Sequence record: PV420835.1 | DNA from: Acinetobacter phage phiAB441 | Reading direction: 5' to 3' (one strand) | Length of the DNA: 64,000 nucleotides | Shown here: in pieces, positions 38,376-47,726 of the stretch | How positions within the stretch are numbered: the stretch's first letter is position 1 | How the letters are laid out: every line of letters begins with the position of its first letter | Notes under the pieces: generated by a model | Told to the model about the DNA's origin: nothing | The model's database searches: none | Seen by the model: the letters and a program-made list of their open reading frames with translations, nothing else | Translations under genes and position numbers: made by a program

Positions 38376-40561
38376 TTCATTCTGTTGTAAAGCGTGATGG
38401 TACAGTTGAAAAATTTGATTTAGAGAAACTTTCAAAGTGGGCAAAGTACGCTACTAAGGTTGGTGGTGATTGGTCGGAGTTAGCAATTGATACTTTTTCC
38501 AAATTACCTGATGTCGTTGAGTCAAAAGATATTCATCAAACTATGATTGATGTTTGTTATTCTAAGAATGATTTGGTCTATAGTCGAATTGCTGCTCGAC
38601 TAGAGATGGCACAAATCAAAAAGAATATTGAACAGAAGTTTGGTTTGATTGATTTTACATTCAAAGAAATTCGCGATGAATTGATTACTTTTGGTGTTTG
38701 GTGTAAAGATACTATTCCAGATTATTCTGAAGCTCAAGAGAAATTATACGAAGAGCTTAAATCAGTAACTTTAGAGTCTTGGCAGATTTCACAATTTTAT
38801 GACAAGTATGCTTTAAAGTTAAATGATATGGTTGTCGAAACACCTGCTGTTGCTGCTATTGGTATCGGTTTGGGTTTACATGGCGATACTCAGGACGCTT
38901 ATGATTTATCTGCTGATATTATTTATGGTAGAACTAATTTACCAACACCTGTCTCTAATGGTGTTCGTAATGGTGACTTTAATGGTGTATCGTGTTGTGT
39001 TATTAGCGCTGGAGATAGTGTTGAGAGTATTGAGGTTGCACAGCATTTAGCTGTTCGAATGACAGCTAAGAAAGCTGGTATTGGTATTGAGTTTACTACA
39101 CGATCTAAAATGGCAGCAGTGAAAGGTGGTCGTATTAAGCACCTTGGTAAACATCCTATTTATGCTCATGTGGATACTGGTGTTAAGGAATTTACACAAG
39201 AGACTCGTGGCGGTAGTGCTACAGTCGGATTCACATGTATTGATCCTGAAGTTTATAATATTGCTTTGTGGAAATCACAGCGTATTGATATTGATCAACG
39301 CTTAGATAAATTAGACTTCAGTTTCATTTTTAATGATGCGTTTCTTGACGCCGTAGTGAGTCGTAGTGATTGGTATTTATTTGACCTTACTGATGCACCA
39401 GAAATTCATAAACTCTTCTATACGGCTTCTGTAAGCGATTATAATGAAGCAGTTAATCGTGAACTTGAGAAAGGAACAAAACACACTAAAGTTTCTGCAT
39501 TGGATTTACTAAAACATGTTTTGATCATTCGTCAAGAAACAGGTCGTATGTATGCATTCAATGTCAGTAGAGCAAACAGTCACACACCATTCTTTGATGT
39601 AATTAGATTATCAAATTTATGCCAAGAGATTTGCTTACCAACTGAAGCTTATACAGATATGGGAGCTTTATATAACGATGATGAGTGGAAGTCTGGTGAA
39701 ACCGCATTTTGTTCTCTAGGTGCTATTGTTCCTGTTAATATTAAATCTGATGAAGAGTATAAACGTGTTGCTTACACTTTGGTTAAGACGATTTCTAAAT
39801 TGATTTACAAGTGTCCTAAGATGACTAAAAACCATCAAAGAACTATGTTGGAGAGAATGTCATTAGGGATTGGGATTACTGGTTTGGCTAATTATCTGTA
39901 TCAACAAGGTTACGACTATGATGGTTCGGATGAGAGTTTAGAGTTTGTTTTTGACTTAGCTGAAAAGCATATGTTCTACTTATATCAGGCATCTATTAAA
40001 TTAGCTGAAGAGTTCGACCATGTTGCAAAAGGTGTTGACTTTAACTGGTTGCCTATTGATACCAAAGTTAATAAGTTTAAACCGAAACAGGATTGGGAAA
40101 GTATTCGAGGTTTACCTAGATTGGATGCAGTATTAGTCGCCCATATGCCAACTGAATCGAGTGCTGTTTATTCAGGTGTTTGTAATGGTTTATATCCACC
40201 ACGTAAACGTATTATCAACAAGAAATCTCGTAAAGGTGTTATTCAATTTATTTGTAAAGAATTTATTGAGGGGAAACATAAATATGCTTGGGATATTGAT
40301 AATATCACCATGAGTAAGTATTACTCTGTTGTTCAAGATTGGACAGATCAAGGTATTAGTGCTGATGACTATTTTGATCCTCGTAAATTCGAAGGTGGTA
40401 AAAAACCTGTCAGTAAGTTGATTAAGGATTTTATCGCACACTTTAAGCTTGGTAATAAAAGTATGTATTACACAAACACTTATGATGATGACGAAGTGTC
40501 GTTGTTTGATTTAATGCAAACCCAACCTGATGAAGTTGATTGTGAAGGTTGTAAATTGTAA
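38372..40561 (+). CDS. nrdA: ribonucleotide reductase class I alpha subunit
   Basis: N-terminal ATP-cone (VVKRDGTVEKFDLEKL), active-site SNLCQEI, C-terminal Cys pair. Confidence 0.9.
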   Translation: MIHSVVKRDGTVEKFDLEKLSKWAKYATKVGGDWSELAIDTFSKLPDVVESKDIHQTMIDVCYSKNDLVYSRIAARLEMAQIKKNIEQKFGLIDFTFKEIRDELITFGVWCKDTIPDYSEAQEKLYEELKSVTLESWQISQFYDKYALKLNDMVVETPAVAAIGIGLGLHGDTQDAYDLSADIIYGRTNLPTPVSNGVRNGDFNGVSCCVISAGDSVESIEVAQHLAVRMTAKKAGIGIEFTTRSKMAAVKGGRIKHLGKHPIYAHVDTGVKEFTQETRGGSATVGFTCIDPEVYNIALWKSQRIDIDQRLDKLDFSFIFNDAFLDAVVSRSDWYLFDLTDAPEIHKLFYTASVSDYNEAVNRELEKGTKHTKVSALDLLKHVLIIRQETGRMYAFNVSRANSHTPFFDVIRLSNLCQEICLPTEAYTDMGALYNDDEWKSGETAFCSLGAIVPVNIKSDEEYKRVAYTLVKTISKLIYKCPKMTKNHQRTMLERMSLGIGITGLANYLYQQGYDYDGSDESLEFVFDLAEKHMFYLYQASIKLAEEFDHVAKGVDFNWLPIDTKVNKFKPKQDWESIRGLPRLDAVLVAHMPTESSAVYSGVCNGLYPPRKRIINKKSRKGVIQFICKEFIEGKHKYAWDIDNITMSKYYSVVQDWTDQGISADDYFDPRKFEGGKKPVSKLIKDFIAHFKLGNKSMYYTNTYDDDEVSLFDLMQTQPDEVDCEGCKL

Positions 40562-40625
40562 ATAATTACACTATAATTGCTCAACACTTTATGGTGTTGG
40601 GCTTTTTGTTTTATGGAGAATTTAA

Positions 40626-41705
40626 TTGAGAACAGTTTTTAATGAACACAATACAGGTCATATTACTAAGAGTTATCCGATCTTCTTTGGTGAAAGTCTT
40701 GGTCTATTAGATACTGTAAATATTGTCAATGAAGACATTGAAAGTCTAAAAGAGAAGCAGCGTGGTGGTAAGTGGTATCCGACTGAGATCGGTATGTCAC
40801 AAGATCGTCAAGATATGAAAGATGCACCAAGTGGTGTTGTCGATCTAATGAATAAGACAATCTCTTGGCAACATACGACAGATAGTGTTGCTGGGAGAAG
40901 TATTGGAGCAATGTTCTTACCTCATGTTACCAACCCTCAAGCCGAAGTAATGATTAGTGAGTGGAGTAATATCGAGTTTGTACATGGAGAAGCGTATAGT
41001 CATATTGTAAAACAAACTCGTTTAAACCCTGATGAAGCTATCAAGGAGACGTATGCTAATATTAAAATTTTAAACCGAAGTAAGAAAATCATTGAAGTGT
41101 TTAATGATTTGTATAATATGGATCATAAGCTTGATTTACACTCTAAGAAAAAGATTATGGCTAAAGTTTTATGTACAACTATGGCTATGGAGTGTATTAG
41201 TTTTATGTCATCATTCGCTGTGACATTCGCTATTGCAGAGAAGGGTTGGTTTCAAGGAATTGCAGAAACAGTATCTTTAATTTGTCGTGATGAGTTATAT
41301 CACACTCGAATGTCTTACGAATTAATTAAGGCAACAAGAGATGTGGATGGTTGGCAAGATGTCTATAAAGAGATTGAAGAAGACATTGTAGAAATTATTG
41401 TCTCTATTGTGAATAGTGAACATGTGTGGTCAGATTATGTTATGTCTGAAGGTCGTGGTGTTCAAGGGTTAACTAAAGAAATGTTAATTGACACTAACTT
41501 GTATTTTACAAATGCGGTGTTTACAATGTTGCGTATTGAAAATCCTTTACGTGTTGTTAAAGAAAATCCTTGCACGTTTATGGAGAAGTATGTGGATCGT
41601 TCTTTACTTCAATTTGCACCACAAGAGATTCAACATGGCAGCTATCGTCAAGGTAGTGTGATTGATGATTTAGATGAAGATATGGATTTAGATTTTACTT
41701 TTTAA
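40626..41705 (+). CDS. nrdB: ribonucleotide reductase class I beta subunit
   Basis: di-iron ferritin-like E..H motifs (EAYSHIV, DELYHTRM); TTG start with GGAG RBS. Confidence 0.85.
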   Translation: MRTVFNEHNTGHITKSYPIFFGESLGLLDTVNIVNEDIESLKEKQRGGKWYPTEIGMSQDRQDMKDAPSGVVDLMNKTISWQHTTDSVAGRSIGAMFLPHVTNPQAEVMISEWSNIEFVHGEAYSHIVKQTRLNPDEAIKETYANIKILNRSKKIIEVFNDLYNMDHKLDLHSKKKIMAKVLCTTMAMECISFMSSFAVTFAIAEKGWFQGIAETVSLICRDELYHTRMSYELIKATRDVDGWQDVYKEIEEDIVEIIVSIVNSEHVWSDYVMSEGRGVQGLTKEMLIDTNLYFTNAVFTMLRIENPLRVVKENPCTFMEKYVDRSLLQFAPQEIQHGSYRQGSVIDDLDEDMDLDFTF

Positions 41706-41714
41706 GGATATATA

Positions 41715-41933
41715 ATGTATACAATTTATTCAAAAGATAAGTGTCAACAGTGTGATGCTGCAAAAATGTTATTAGTGATTAAGGGTATTGATCACGAAGT
41801 TCTGAAATTGGATGTAGATTTCACTAGAGAAGAATTTATTGAATTGTTCCCGAAAGCTCGAACATTCCCAATGATCACTAAAGATGGTGAATGTGTTGGT
41901 GGATTACAAGACCTAAAAGAAATATTAAAATAA
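41715..41933 (+). CDS. glutaredoxin/NrdH-like redoxin
   Basis: 72 aa with CQQC active-site pair near N-terminus, directly after nrdB. Confidence 0.65.
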   Translation: MYTIYSKDKCQQCDAAKMLLVIKGIDHEVLKLDVDFTREEFIELFPKARTFPMITKDGECVGGLQDLKEILK

Positions 41934-41937
41934 TTTT

Positions 41938-41976
41938 AACGGAATGTTGACTTAATGGTTGACATTCCGTTTTTTA
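41938..41976 (+). terminator. rho-independent terminator (conserved-loop type)
   Basis: 14-bp stem AACGGAATGTTGAC/GTTGACATTCCGTT, loop TTAATG, TTTTTT. Confidence 0.75.
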
Positions 41977-42022
41977 TTGTCTAAAATTCAATTATCAAAA
42001 CACATATTAAGGAATGTTTTAG

Positions 42023-42190
42023 ATGTTATCATTTTATATTATTGTTTCAACTTTACTACTTGGATTTACTGGAGCTTCATGGAGTCAAGTAGGTTACTTA
42101 AATGTGTTTATTAAATTAACTTTATTGTTGACATGTTTTATTGGTGTGTGTATTATGCTTCATAACTTTAATCTATCTTGGAACGTTTAG
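42023..42190 (+). CDS. possible small hydrophobic peptide (55 aa)
   Basis: AAGGA RBS; overlaps promoter 42128..42156 so may be non-coding. Confidence 0.2.
   Translation: MLSFYIIVSTLLLGFTGASWSQVGYLNVFIKLTLLLTCFIGVCIMLHNFNLSWNV
42128..42156 (+). promoter_or_regulatory. sigma70-like promoter
   Basis: TTGACA-17 nt-TATTAT. Confidence 0.55.
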
Positions 42191-42191
42191 T

Positions 42192-42437
42192 ATGAGAATT
42201 AACAACTGGAAGATTAATGGTAATAACCTTGAGATTGGTGAATATAAAGTTCATTACATTAAAGGTGGTGAGATTGTTGTATTGTACAAAGGACAACATC
42301 TCTATACAGACAATGAAAATACTCTTGAAGATGTCTTGGTAACAGTAGAATTTCTTCGTGAACAAGATGACGAGTATAAGAATTGGAAATTATTTGAAGA
42401 CACCTTGACTAAGATTTTGGAGAAGACAAAGGTTTAA
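42192..42437 (+). CDS. hypothetical protein, tandem paralogue A
   Basis: start moved to ATG 42192 (ORF-track start 42141 lies inside the promoter); similar to 42439..42657. Confidence 0.45.
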   Translation: MRINNWKINGNNLEIGEYKVHYIKGGEIVVLYKGQHLYTDNENTLEDVLVTVEFLREQDDEYKNWKLFEDTLTKILEKTKV

Positions 42438-42438
42438 G

Positions 42439-42657
42439 ATGAAGATTGGTGAATTTGAAATAAAAGAAAATACCTTTAGTATTGGGAACAATCATGTTAT
42501 CATATACGATGATGGTAAGATTGGTGTAGTTGCTAAAGGTGTTCATTGTTTTGTACATGACTTTGCAACACTAGAGAACATTTTATGTCTTGTTCGAAGT
42601 TATCATGAAAAAGAAGTTCAGGAAAATTTTAGGAAGTGGATTCATGAAGTTAAATAA
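42439..42657 (+). CDS. hypothetical protein, tandem paralogue B
   Basis: 72 aa; shares I..IG...GG.I.V..KG.H....TLE..L pattern with upstream ORF. Confidence 0.5.
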   Translation: MKIGEFEIKENTFSIGNNHVIIYDDGKIGVVAKGVHCFVHDFATLENILCLVRSYHEKEVQENFRKWIHEVK

Positions 42658-42817
42658 CATTGTTTTAAAGCGTAATAAAGAAAATTTCTACGATGAGGAA
42701 GTTTCGAAAAAGAAATTTAAAAAATTATCTAAAGAGTTTCGAAAGAATCGTAAAAACAAGCACGATGTATTTCGATTAAACACAGAACACACACTTGAGG
42801 ATTTTTATTATGAGTGA
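42644..42817 (+). CDS. small Lys-rich basic protein
   Basis: 57 aa from internal ATG with AGGAAG RBS; ORF-track version 42590..42817 overlaps upstream gene extensively. Confidence 0.35.
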   Translation: MKLNNIVLKRNKENFYDEEVSKKKFKKLSKEFRKNRKNKHDVFRLNTEHTLEDFYYE

Positions 42818-43061
42818 GAACAAATCAACACCATTAAGTGAATTAAAGTTAACATTATCTACCAACGTAGATGAAGATGCTTTGAATCAATATATTGACG
42901 ATCTTGTTCAAAAGTGTGAAGACAAATGGAGTGATGTAAGTATTGATTACAATTCATTTGAAGATTATGTTTTAGATGAATTTGATGTTGACTATTTACT
43001 TAAATCTGGTATTATTAAAGTTGAAACTGAATTTTTAAAGGTCAATGCAAATGCAAAATAA
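42810..43061 (+). CDS. hypothetical acidic protein
   Basis: 83 aa, GAGGA RBS; start trimmed from 42795. Confidence 0.45.
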   Translation: MSENKSTPLSELKLTLSTNVDEDALNQYIDDLVQKCEDKWSDVSIDYNSFEDYVLDEFDVDYLLKSGIIKVETEFLKVNANAK

Positions 43062-43218
43062 TATTACTGAAGAACGTTGGAATGAGATTATTGAAAATCT
43101 TGAACTTGACTTAGTAACTGCAAATAAACAATATTGGAACAAACCTAATCGTTATGTAATTACTAAAGAAGAGATTGAGAAGATCATCTCTGTTCTTAAA
43201 AATAATGTTCCTTATTAA
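43045..43218 (+). CDS. small hypothetical protein (57 aa)
   Basis: fills gap between annotated ORFs; below ORF-track cutoff. Confidence 0.35.
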   Translation: MQMQNNITEERWNEIIENLELDLVTANKQYWNKPNRYVITKEEIEKIISVLKNNVPY

Positions 43219-43230
43219 TTGGAGAATAGA

Positions 43231-43608
43231 ATGAACGTATTAAGCAAAATGAGTCCTGATGACACAGTTGAAATTACTCTAAATAACCAGAAGTTTTTAG
43301 TTGACGTTGTTTCAATTGTTAAGGGTTTTTATATTCTAGCACATTCGAATGGAGGTAATGATGAGCTTTATAATTCTTTAAAAATAGCTTATTCTTTCCC
43401 TAGTAGATTGGATGATTTACCTGAAATTGATGTTGATTACCATCATGTGCGTGATGATATTCAAAAATACTTTCTTTCTGATTATTATAACAATCAAGCT
43501 CGCAAAAAACAGATTAAATATGAAATTGAAGAAAAGAGTAAAGAGTTATTGGAACTTAAATCAGAATACTTTGAATTAACAGGTAAGGAATATGGAAATG
43601 ATTGTTAA
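43231..43608 (+). CDS. hypothetical protein
   Basis: GGAG RBS 8 nt upstream of ATG 43231 (track start 43219 is TTG). Confidence 0.5.
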   Translation: MNVLSKMSPDDTVEITLNNQKFLVDVVSIVKGFYILAHSNGGNDELYNSLKIAYSFPSRLDDLPEIDVDYHHVRDDIQKYFLSDYYNNQARKKQIKYEIEEKSKELLELKSEYFELTGKEYGNDC

Positions 43609-43937
43609 GAAGGACAATACTAATGTTAATTATTAAACAACCTGTACAATTAGATGAAGAGAATGTTGATCATGGTTATGCCTTGACAACGGACGAATAT
43701 AACATTATCCTATACAAACTTGGTATTTATCTTAAAGGTAAGAATCAAGGTGAACTATCTAAAACACCAGTAGGGTATTTCTCAACGCTTGAGCAAGCTT
43801 TACAGCGCATTAAAGACTTAGAAGTACGTTTACGTGGTCTAGAAGATTTAGAGGGTCTGGTGGAGCGTATACGCGCTGTAATGGACGAAGTTTCTAACAA
43901 TTTGAAGAATGTTAAGATCACTAAGGAGATGTGTTGA
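43602..43937 (+). CDS. hypothetical protein
   Basis: 111 aa. Confidence 0.45.
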   Translation: MLRRTILMLIIKQPVQLDEENVDHGYALTTDEYNIILYKLGIYLKGKNQGELSKTPVGYFSTLEQALQRIKDLEVRLRGLEDLEGLVERIRAVMDEVSNNLKNVKITKEMC

Positions 43938-44160
43938 AATGAGTAAAGATTTTGAGGATTTGGTTATCAACTTGTCACTTGGTTGTGGTCTTGTACATCG
44001 TATGGAAGAATCAGAACCATTATCAGATTACTGGACAGATGCTTGGAATGAATTATCTGAGGAGGAAAGAGAAAGTTGGTTACATGATTTCTGGTTAGAA
44101 TGGAAATGTAATTATGAAGATGGTGGAGCTACGTGGAGTAATGAGTATGAAATACTTTAA
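43909..44160 (+). CDS. hypothetical acidic protein
   Basis: 83 aa, Trp-rich. Confidence 0.45.
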   Translation: MLRSLRRCVEMSKDFEDLVINLSLGCGLVHRMEESEPLSDYWTDAWNELSEEERESWLHDFWLEWKCNYEDGGATWSNEYEIL

Positions 44161-44356
44161 AATATGGTCTGAGTATGATATTGGTGATGAGGATTTACCA
44201 AATATTCTTTATGTTAAAGCTGATAGTGTTGATAAACTTCATAACTATTTAGAAAGTTATTGTGAGTCTTGTGGTTTAAATTACCATGAAGAATTAGGTG
44301 ATGGAATGTTTGGAATTGAAGAAATTGAATTAAGTGATGTATTTGTGGAGCTTTAA
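44147..44356 (+). CDS. hypothetical protein
   Basis: GGAG RBS 9 nt before ATG 44147. Confidence 0.45.
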   Translation: MKYFKIWSEYDIGDEDLPNILYVKADSVDKLHNYLESYCESCGLNYHEELGDGMFGIEEIELSDVFVEL

Positions 44357-44534
44357 TTATGCAAAAATATACCTTGTTGAACGTTTAGTCGTTGAATATC
44401 AATACATTGCTGCTGATTCTGAAGAAGAAGCTATTGAAGATGCTTTAGATTGTGGTGAATGGGATAGAGAAACAATTAGTCAGGGTGATGAATTGTTCTA
44501 TGGTGTTCGTGCAGAATTTAAAGGAGAAACGTAA
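44337..44534 (+). CDS. hypothetical acidic protein
   Basis: 65 aa, no clear RBS. Confidence 0.3.
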   Translation: MYLWSFNYAKIYLVERLVVEYQYIAADSEEEAIEDALDCGEWDRETISQGDELFYGVRAEFKGET

Positions 44535-44717
44535 ATGAGTCGTAAATATATTGATTTAGATGAATATGAAACGATTTATTCGGAAGCACAACAATTATTC
44601 TGTGATTACTTGAATGATAAATTAGGTGTTAATGTTAAACCTAGAGACTTTGGTGATCATTGGTATAAGATGGAAAATGTTGTTTCTTATGATTTAACTT
44701 TTGAGAAGGAAGATTAA
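44535..44717 (+). CDS. hypothetical protein
   Basis: 60 aa, AGGAG RBS. Confidence 0.4.
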   Translation: MSRKYIDLDEYETIYSEAQQLFCDYLNDKLGVNVKPRDFGDHWYKMENVVSYDLTFEKED

Positions 44718-44718
44718 A

Positions 44719-44973
44719 GTGATTGAAAAAATTGAGTTGATGTCAACAAAAGGATTTAAATTATATTATGTTCGAGAAGTTTTTGATGTAGATGATGTAA
44801 CATATAAATTACAATATGAGATTAATGGTAAAATTGGAAGTGAATATCATAAACAATTAAATTGTGATATATATGTTCCAATTGAAAAGGCTGTAAGTAA
44901 TTTGGTCTTTAATGCAGCGGTGGATGGTTGGTTAACAGTTGATATTATGAATCAAGGAGATTGTAATGACTGA
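44719..44973 (+). CDS. hypothetical protein
   Basis: GTG start with AGGAAG RBS right after upstream stop. Confidence 0.4.
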   Translation: MIEKIELMSTKGFKLYYVREVFDVDDVTYKLQYEINGKIGSEYHKQLNCDIYVPIEKAVSNLVFNAAVDGWLTVDIMNQGDCND

Positions 44974-45151
44974 TTTAATAAAAGTGTTAGATGGTGGAGA
45001 TTTTCGTGATCGTTGGGAGGGGTTGTGTATCACCCTTGAAGATTATGAAAGTATTAATTGTAATAATTATGAAGATGAATTGCATCATATTTTTGAATAT
45101 CATTCATTTGAATTTGATGAAACTAAACATGAATATTGGGAGATTGAATGA
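44966..45151 (+). CDS. hypothetical acidic protein
   Basis: 61 aa. Confidence 0.4.
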   Translation: MTDLIKVLDGGDFRDRWEGLCITLEDYESINCNNYEDELHHIFEYHSFEFDETKHEYWEIE

Positions 45152-45717
45152 GTTTACAAATTAATCTGGTTGAGTTCTTCCCTGTAAAAGAATCTGATGA
45201 TTATGTTATAAACAAAGATGGTGTGATTTACAGATTGAGTAATAATAGATTTATTACAGGTAAAATTGTTAAAGGTCGATATCCGAGAGTTAATTTTGTT
45301 CTAGATGGAAAGCGAGTAACTAGAGCAATTCATAGGTTGTTGGCTGAAGTTTTTATCGAACAACCACAAGGTAAGGACTACGTTAATCATATCGATGGAG
45401 ATAAAACAAATTATAATTTAGATAACTTAGAGTGGGTGACTCGAAGTGAAAATATGAAACACTCAATACATGTGCTGGGCAATCCAAAACCGCCAAGTCA
45501 TTTAGGTAAGACTGGAAAATTATCAAAGTTATCAAAACCAGTTAAAGCTACTCACTGTAAAACAGGTGAGGTTATTATCTATGAAGGTATTTGTGATGCT
45601 GTAAGGCAGTCTGGTAATTTATTTCATAAGTTTGGTATACAACAAAGTATTAATGGTAAGTACAAACATCATCAAGGATATGTTTGGGAATTTTTAAAAG
45701 GAGAAGAGAGTGTTTGA
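45148..45717 (+). CDS. HNH homing endonuclease (HNH_3 + NUMOD4-like)
   Basis: DDYVINKDGVIYRL ... VNHIDGDKTNYNLDNLEWVTRSENM; overlaps start of thyX. Confidence 0.8.
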   Translation: MSLQINLVEFFPVKESDDYVINKDGVIYRLSNNRFITGKIVKGRYPRVNFVLDGKRVTRAIHRLLAEVFIEQPQGKDYVNHIDGDKTNYNLDNLEWVTRSENMKHSIHVLGNPKPPSHLGKTGKLSKLSKPVKATHCKTGEVIIYEGICDAVRQSGNLFHKFGIQQSINGKYKHHQGYVWEFLKGEESV

Positions 45718-46393
45718 TTTTAATAAAGTAGAAGTGATTGGTGTAACAACACCAACTGTTGATTATATTCCAGATAGTGAGGGGATTTTGAGTTATGCTG
45801 CACGTGTATCTAATCCAAGTAATCAAACAAGTTTTGATACAGCAGCTAAGTTGTTATCATACTGCGTAAAACATAAACATTATTCTGTTTTTGAAACAGT
45901 GAATGTTGTTATGGAGATTGAAACACCACGTGACATTGCTCGTCAAATCTTGCGTCACCGTTCATTCTCTTTCCAAGAGTTTAGTCAACGTTATGCACAA
46001 TCAACGAACTTCATTACCCGTGAATGTCGTTTACAAGATGAAAAGAATCGTCAGAATAGTATTGATGTGTCAGCAACAGAAGGTGAGACCCAGGCAGGTT
46101 TAATTAACGATTGGTATTTGATGCAACAAGAAGTCTTAGAGGTTGTTCAAGCTAACTATCAAGCTGCTTTAGGTATGGGCATTGCAAAAGAAGTTGCTCG
46201 TACTATTCTTCCAGAAGGTTTGACAATGAGTCGTATGTATATGAATGGTACAGTGCGCTCATGGTTACACTTCATTAATGTTCGAGATGATGAAGGTGTT
46301 GCTCAGAAGGAAGTTGTTGATGTTGCTCGTAAGGCTAAGAAAGAAATCTTAAAACACTTCCCATTTTTAGAAGAAGTTATTGGAGTTGTTTAA
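45710..46393 (+). CDS. thyX: flavin-dependent thymidylate synthase
   Basis: exact ThyX signature RHRSFSFQEFSQR (RHRxxSxxxxSxR). Confidence 0.9.
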   Translation: MFDFNKVEVIGVTTPTVDYIPDSEGILSYAARVSNPSNQTSFDTAAKLLSYCVKHKHYSVFETVNVVMEIETPRDIARQILRHRSFSFQEFSQRYAQSTNFITRECRLQDEKNRQNSIDVSATEGETQAGLINDWYLMQQEVLEVVQANYQAALGMGIAKEVARTILPEGLTMSRMYMNGTVRSWLHFINVRDDEGVAQKEVVDVARKAKKEILKHFPFLEEVIGVV

Positions 46394-46675
46394 ATGAACA
46401 TCTACTTAGTAAGTCAAAATAAAAATAATGGCTATGATACATATGATAGTTTTATATGTTATGCAGAAACAGAAGATGAAGCTCGTGTAATGTCTCCTAG
46501 TGAACATTATATCTGGAAGAATGACACTTGGAACTTTGTGTATCTAGATGGTTCTTATAAACCCTCACGATTTAATGCGTGGTGTCACCCTAAGTATGTT
46601 GAAGTAAAACTGCTTGGAAATACAAATGAAGATGTTGGGGTTGGTGTGATTTTAGCTTCTTTCAATGCTGGGTAA
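46394..46675 (+). CDS. hypothetical protein
   Basis: 93 aa, ATG abuts thyX stop. Confidence 0.5.
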   Translation: MNIYLVSQNKNNGYDTYDSFICYAETEDEARVMSPSEHYIWKNDTWNFVYLDGSYKPSRFNAWCHPKYVEVKLLGNTNEDVGVGVILASFNAG

Positions 46676-46691
46676 TAATTGAAATCACCTG

Positions 46692-46720
46692 TTGACAACT
46701 AAATCTAAATCAATTACTAT
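46692..46720 (+). promoter_or_regulatory. sigma70-like promoter
   Basis: TTGACA-17 nt-TACTAT. Confidence 0.5.
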
Positions 46721-46764
46721 AAGGACATGAGTTAATACTTGTGTCTTTTTTTTGGAGATTTAAA

Positions 46765-47202
46765 ATGATTACAGCTAAAGAAGTTTATGCATTACCGTAT
46801 GAATCAGAAACAAATGAGTTATGGTCTTTGAAGGGTTTTTATTATGATTTCTTACCTGAAATAGATGATTCTCTTTACTCAGTTCCCTTAGATAAAAATA
46901 CTCGATTGAAGATTCGTGTATTAAAAGAATTCGACTTTGATGGTCGTAGATTCTGGAGATTACAGACATTGTGGTTTGATGATCAACCTGTTATGATTAT
47001 GCAGAATGCTGGTCGTGAAGGCGATGATCATCGTGAACGCTTTATTACAAATAAGGAATTGTATAAAGAAGTGGTAAACTACGTTCGTGAACTAATTGGT
47101 GATAACTCAAATATGTTTGATGATTTTGTAGATGAAAACGAACCTAGAAATTATTTAGAATTTTATGGTAATCATCTAAATGGTTATTTCGAGCGTTATT
47201 AA
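46765..47202 (+). CDS. hypothetical protein
   Basis: GGAGATTTAAAATG context (same RBS context as next gene); track start 46741 is GTG inside T-run. Confidence 0.5.
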   Translation: MITAKEVYALPYESETNELWSLKGFYYDFLPEIDDSLYSVPLDKNTRLKIRVLKEFDFDGRRFWRLQTLWFDDQPVMIMQNAGREGDDHRERFITNKELYKEVVNYVRELIGDNSNMFDDFVDENEPRNYLEFYGNHLNGYFERY

Positions 47203-47213
47203 GGAGATTTAAA

Positions 47214-47525
47214 ATGTTAAATGCTAAATATGCTAAAAGTTGGGCAGAATCCCATAATAAGCGTAAAAAAGAAATTGATAAACTATTAGAGCAAATTGAG
47301 AATGATATTGAAATTGCAGCAAGAAGTGGTGGCTATGCTATTCATTTGAGAGATGGATTATTTGCTTGCAAGGATAATTATTTGGATGGAACAAGTACAA
47401 CAGAAGATTCGGTTGTTGTAATATCTGTTCTTCAGGAAATTGGTGAAGCTGGATATGAAGTTAAACCTGTATTGAATGCTGATAATCCTTACACTATTAT
47501 TTCTTGGTCACATGTGACATTATAG
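47214..47525 (+). CDS. hypothetical protein
   Basis: 103 aa, AAGGAGATTTAAAATG. Confidence 0.5.
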   Translation: MLNAKYAKSWAESHNKRKKEIDKLLEQIENDIEIAARSGGYAIHLRDGLFACKDNYLDGTSTTEDSVVVISVLQEIGEAGYEVKPVLNADNPYTIISWSHVTL

Positions 47526-47726
47526 TTGGAATGTCACTATGGATTTAGTAAGATTTATTATAAACTTAGGATTAGTTATTATATATCTTACTAATCCTAT
47601 TGTTTGATCATGCTGGTTTTGTATGGTGGATTCTTATATTGTTTAGTATTGGATACCTTTTGATATTCATATGGACAAACATATTCCTAGATGTAATTGA
47701 TAGTAAAATTAATTAAGGAGAGTTTG

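Noticed and set aside
38823-39050. 75-aa +strand ORF inside nrdA
   Set aside because: Alternative frame of nrdA.
42141-42191. N-terminal extension of ORF 42141..42437 given in the ORF track
   Set aside because: The extension lies within a consensus sigma70 promoter. Its paralogue begins at the equivalent Met (42192 versus 42439).
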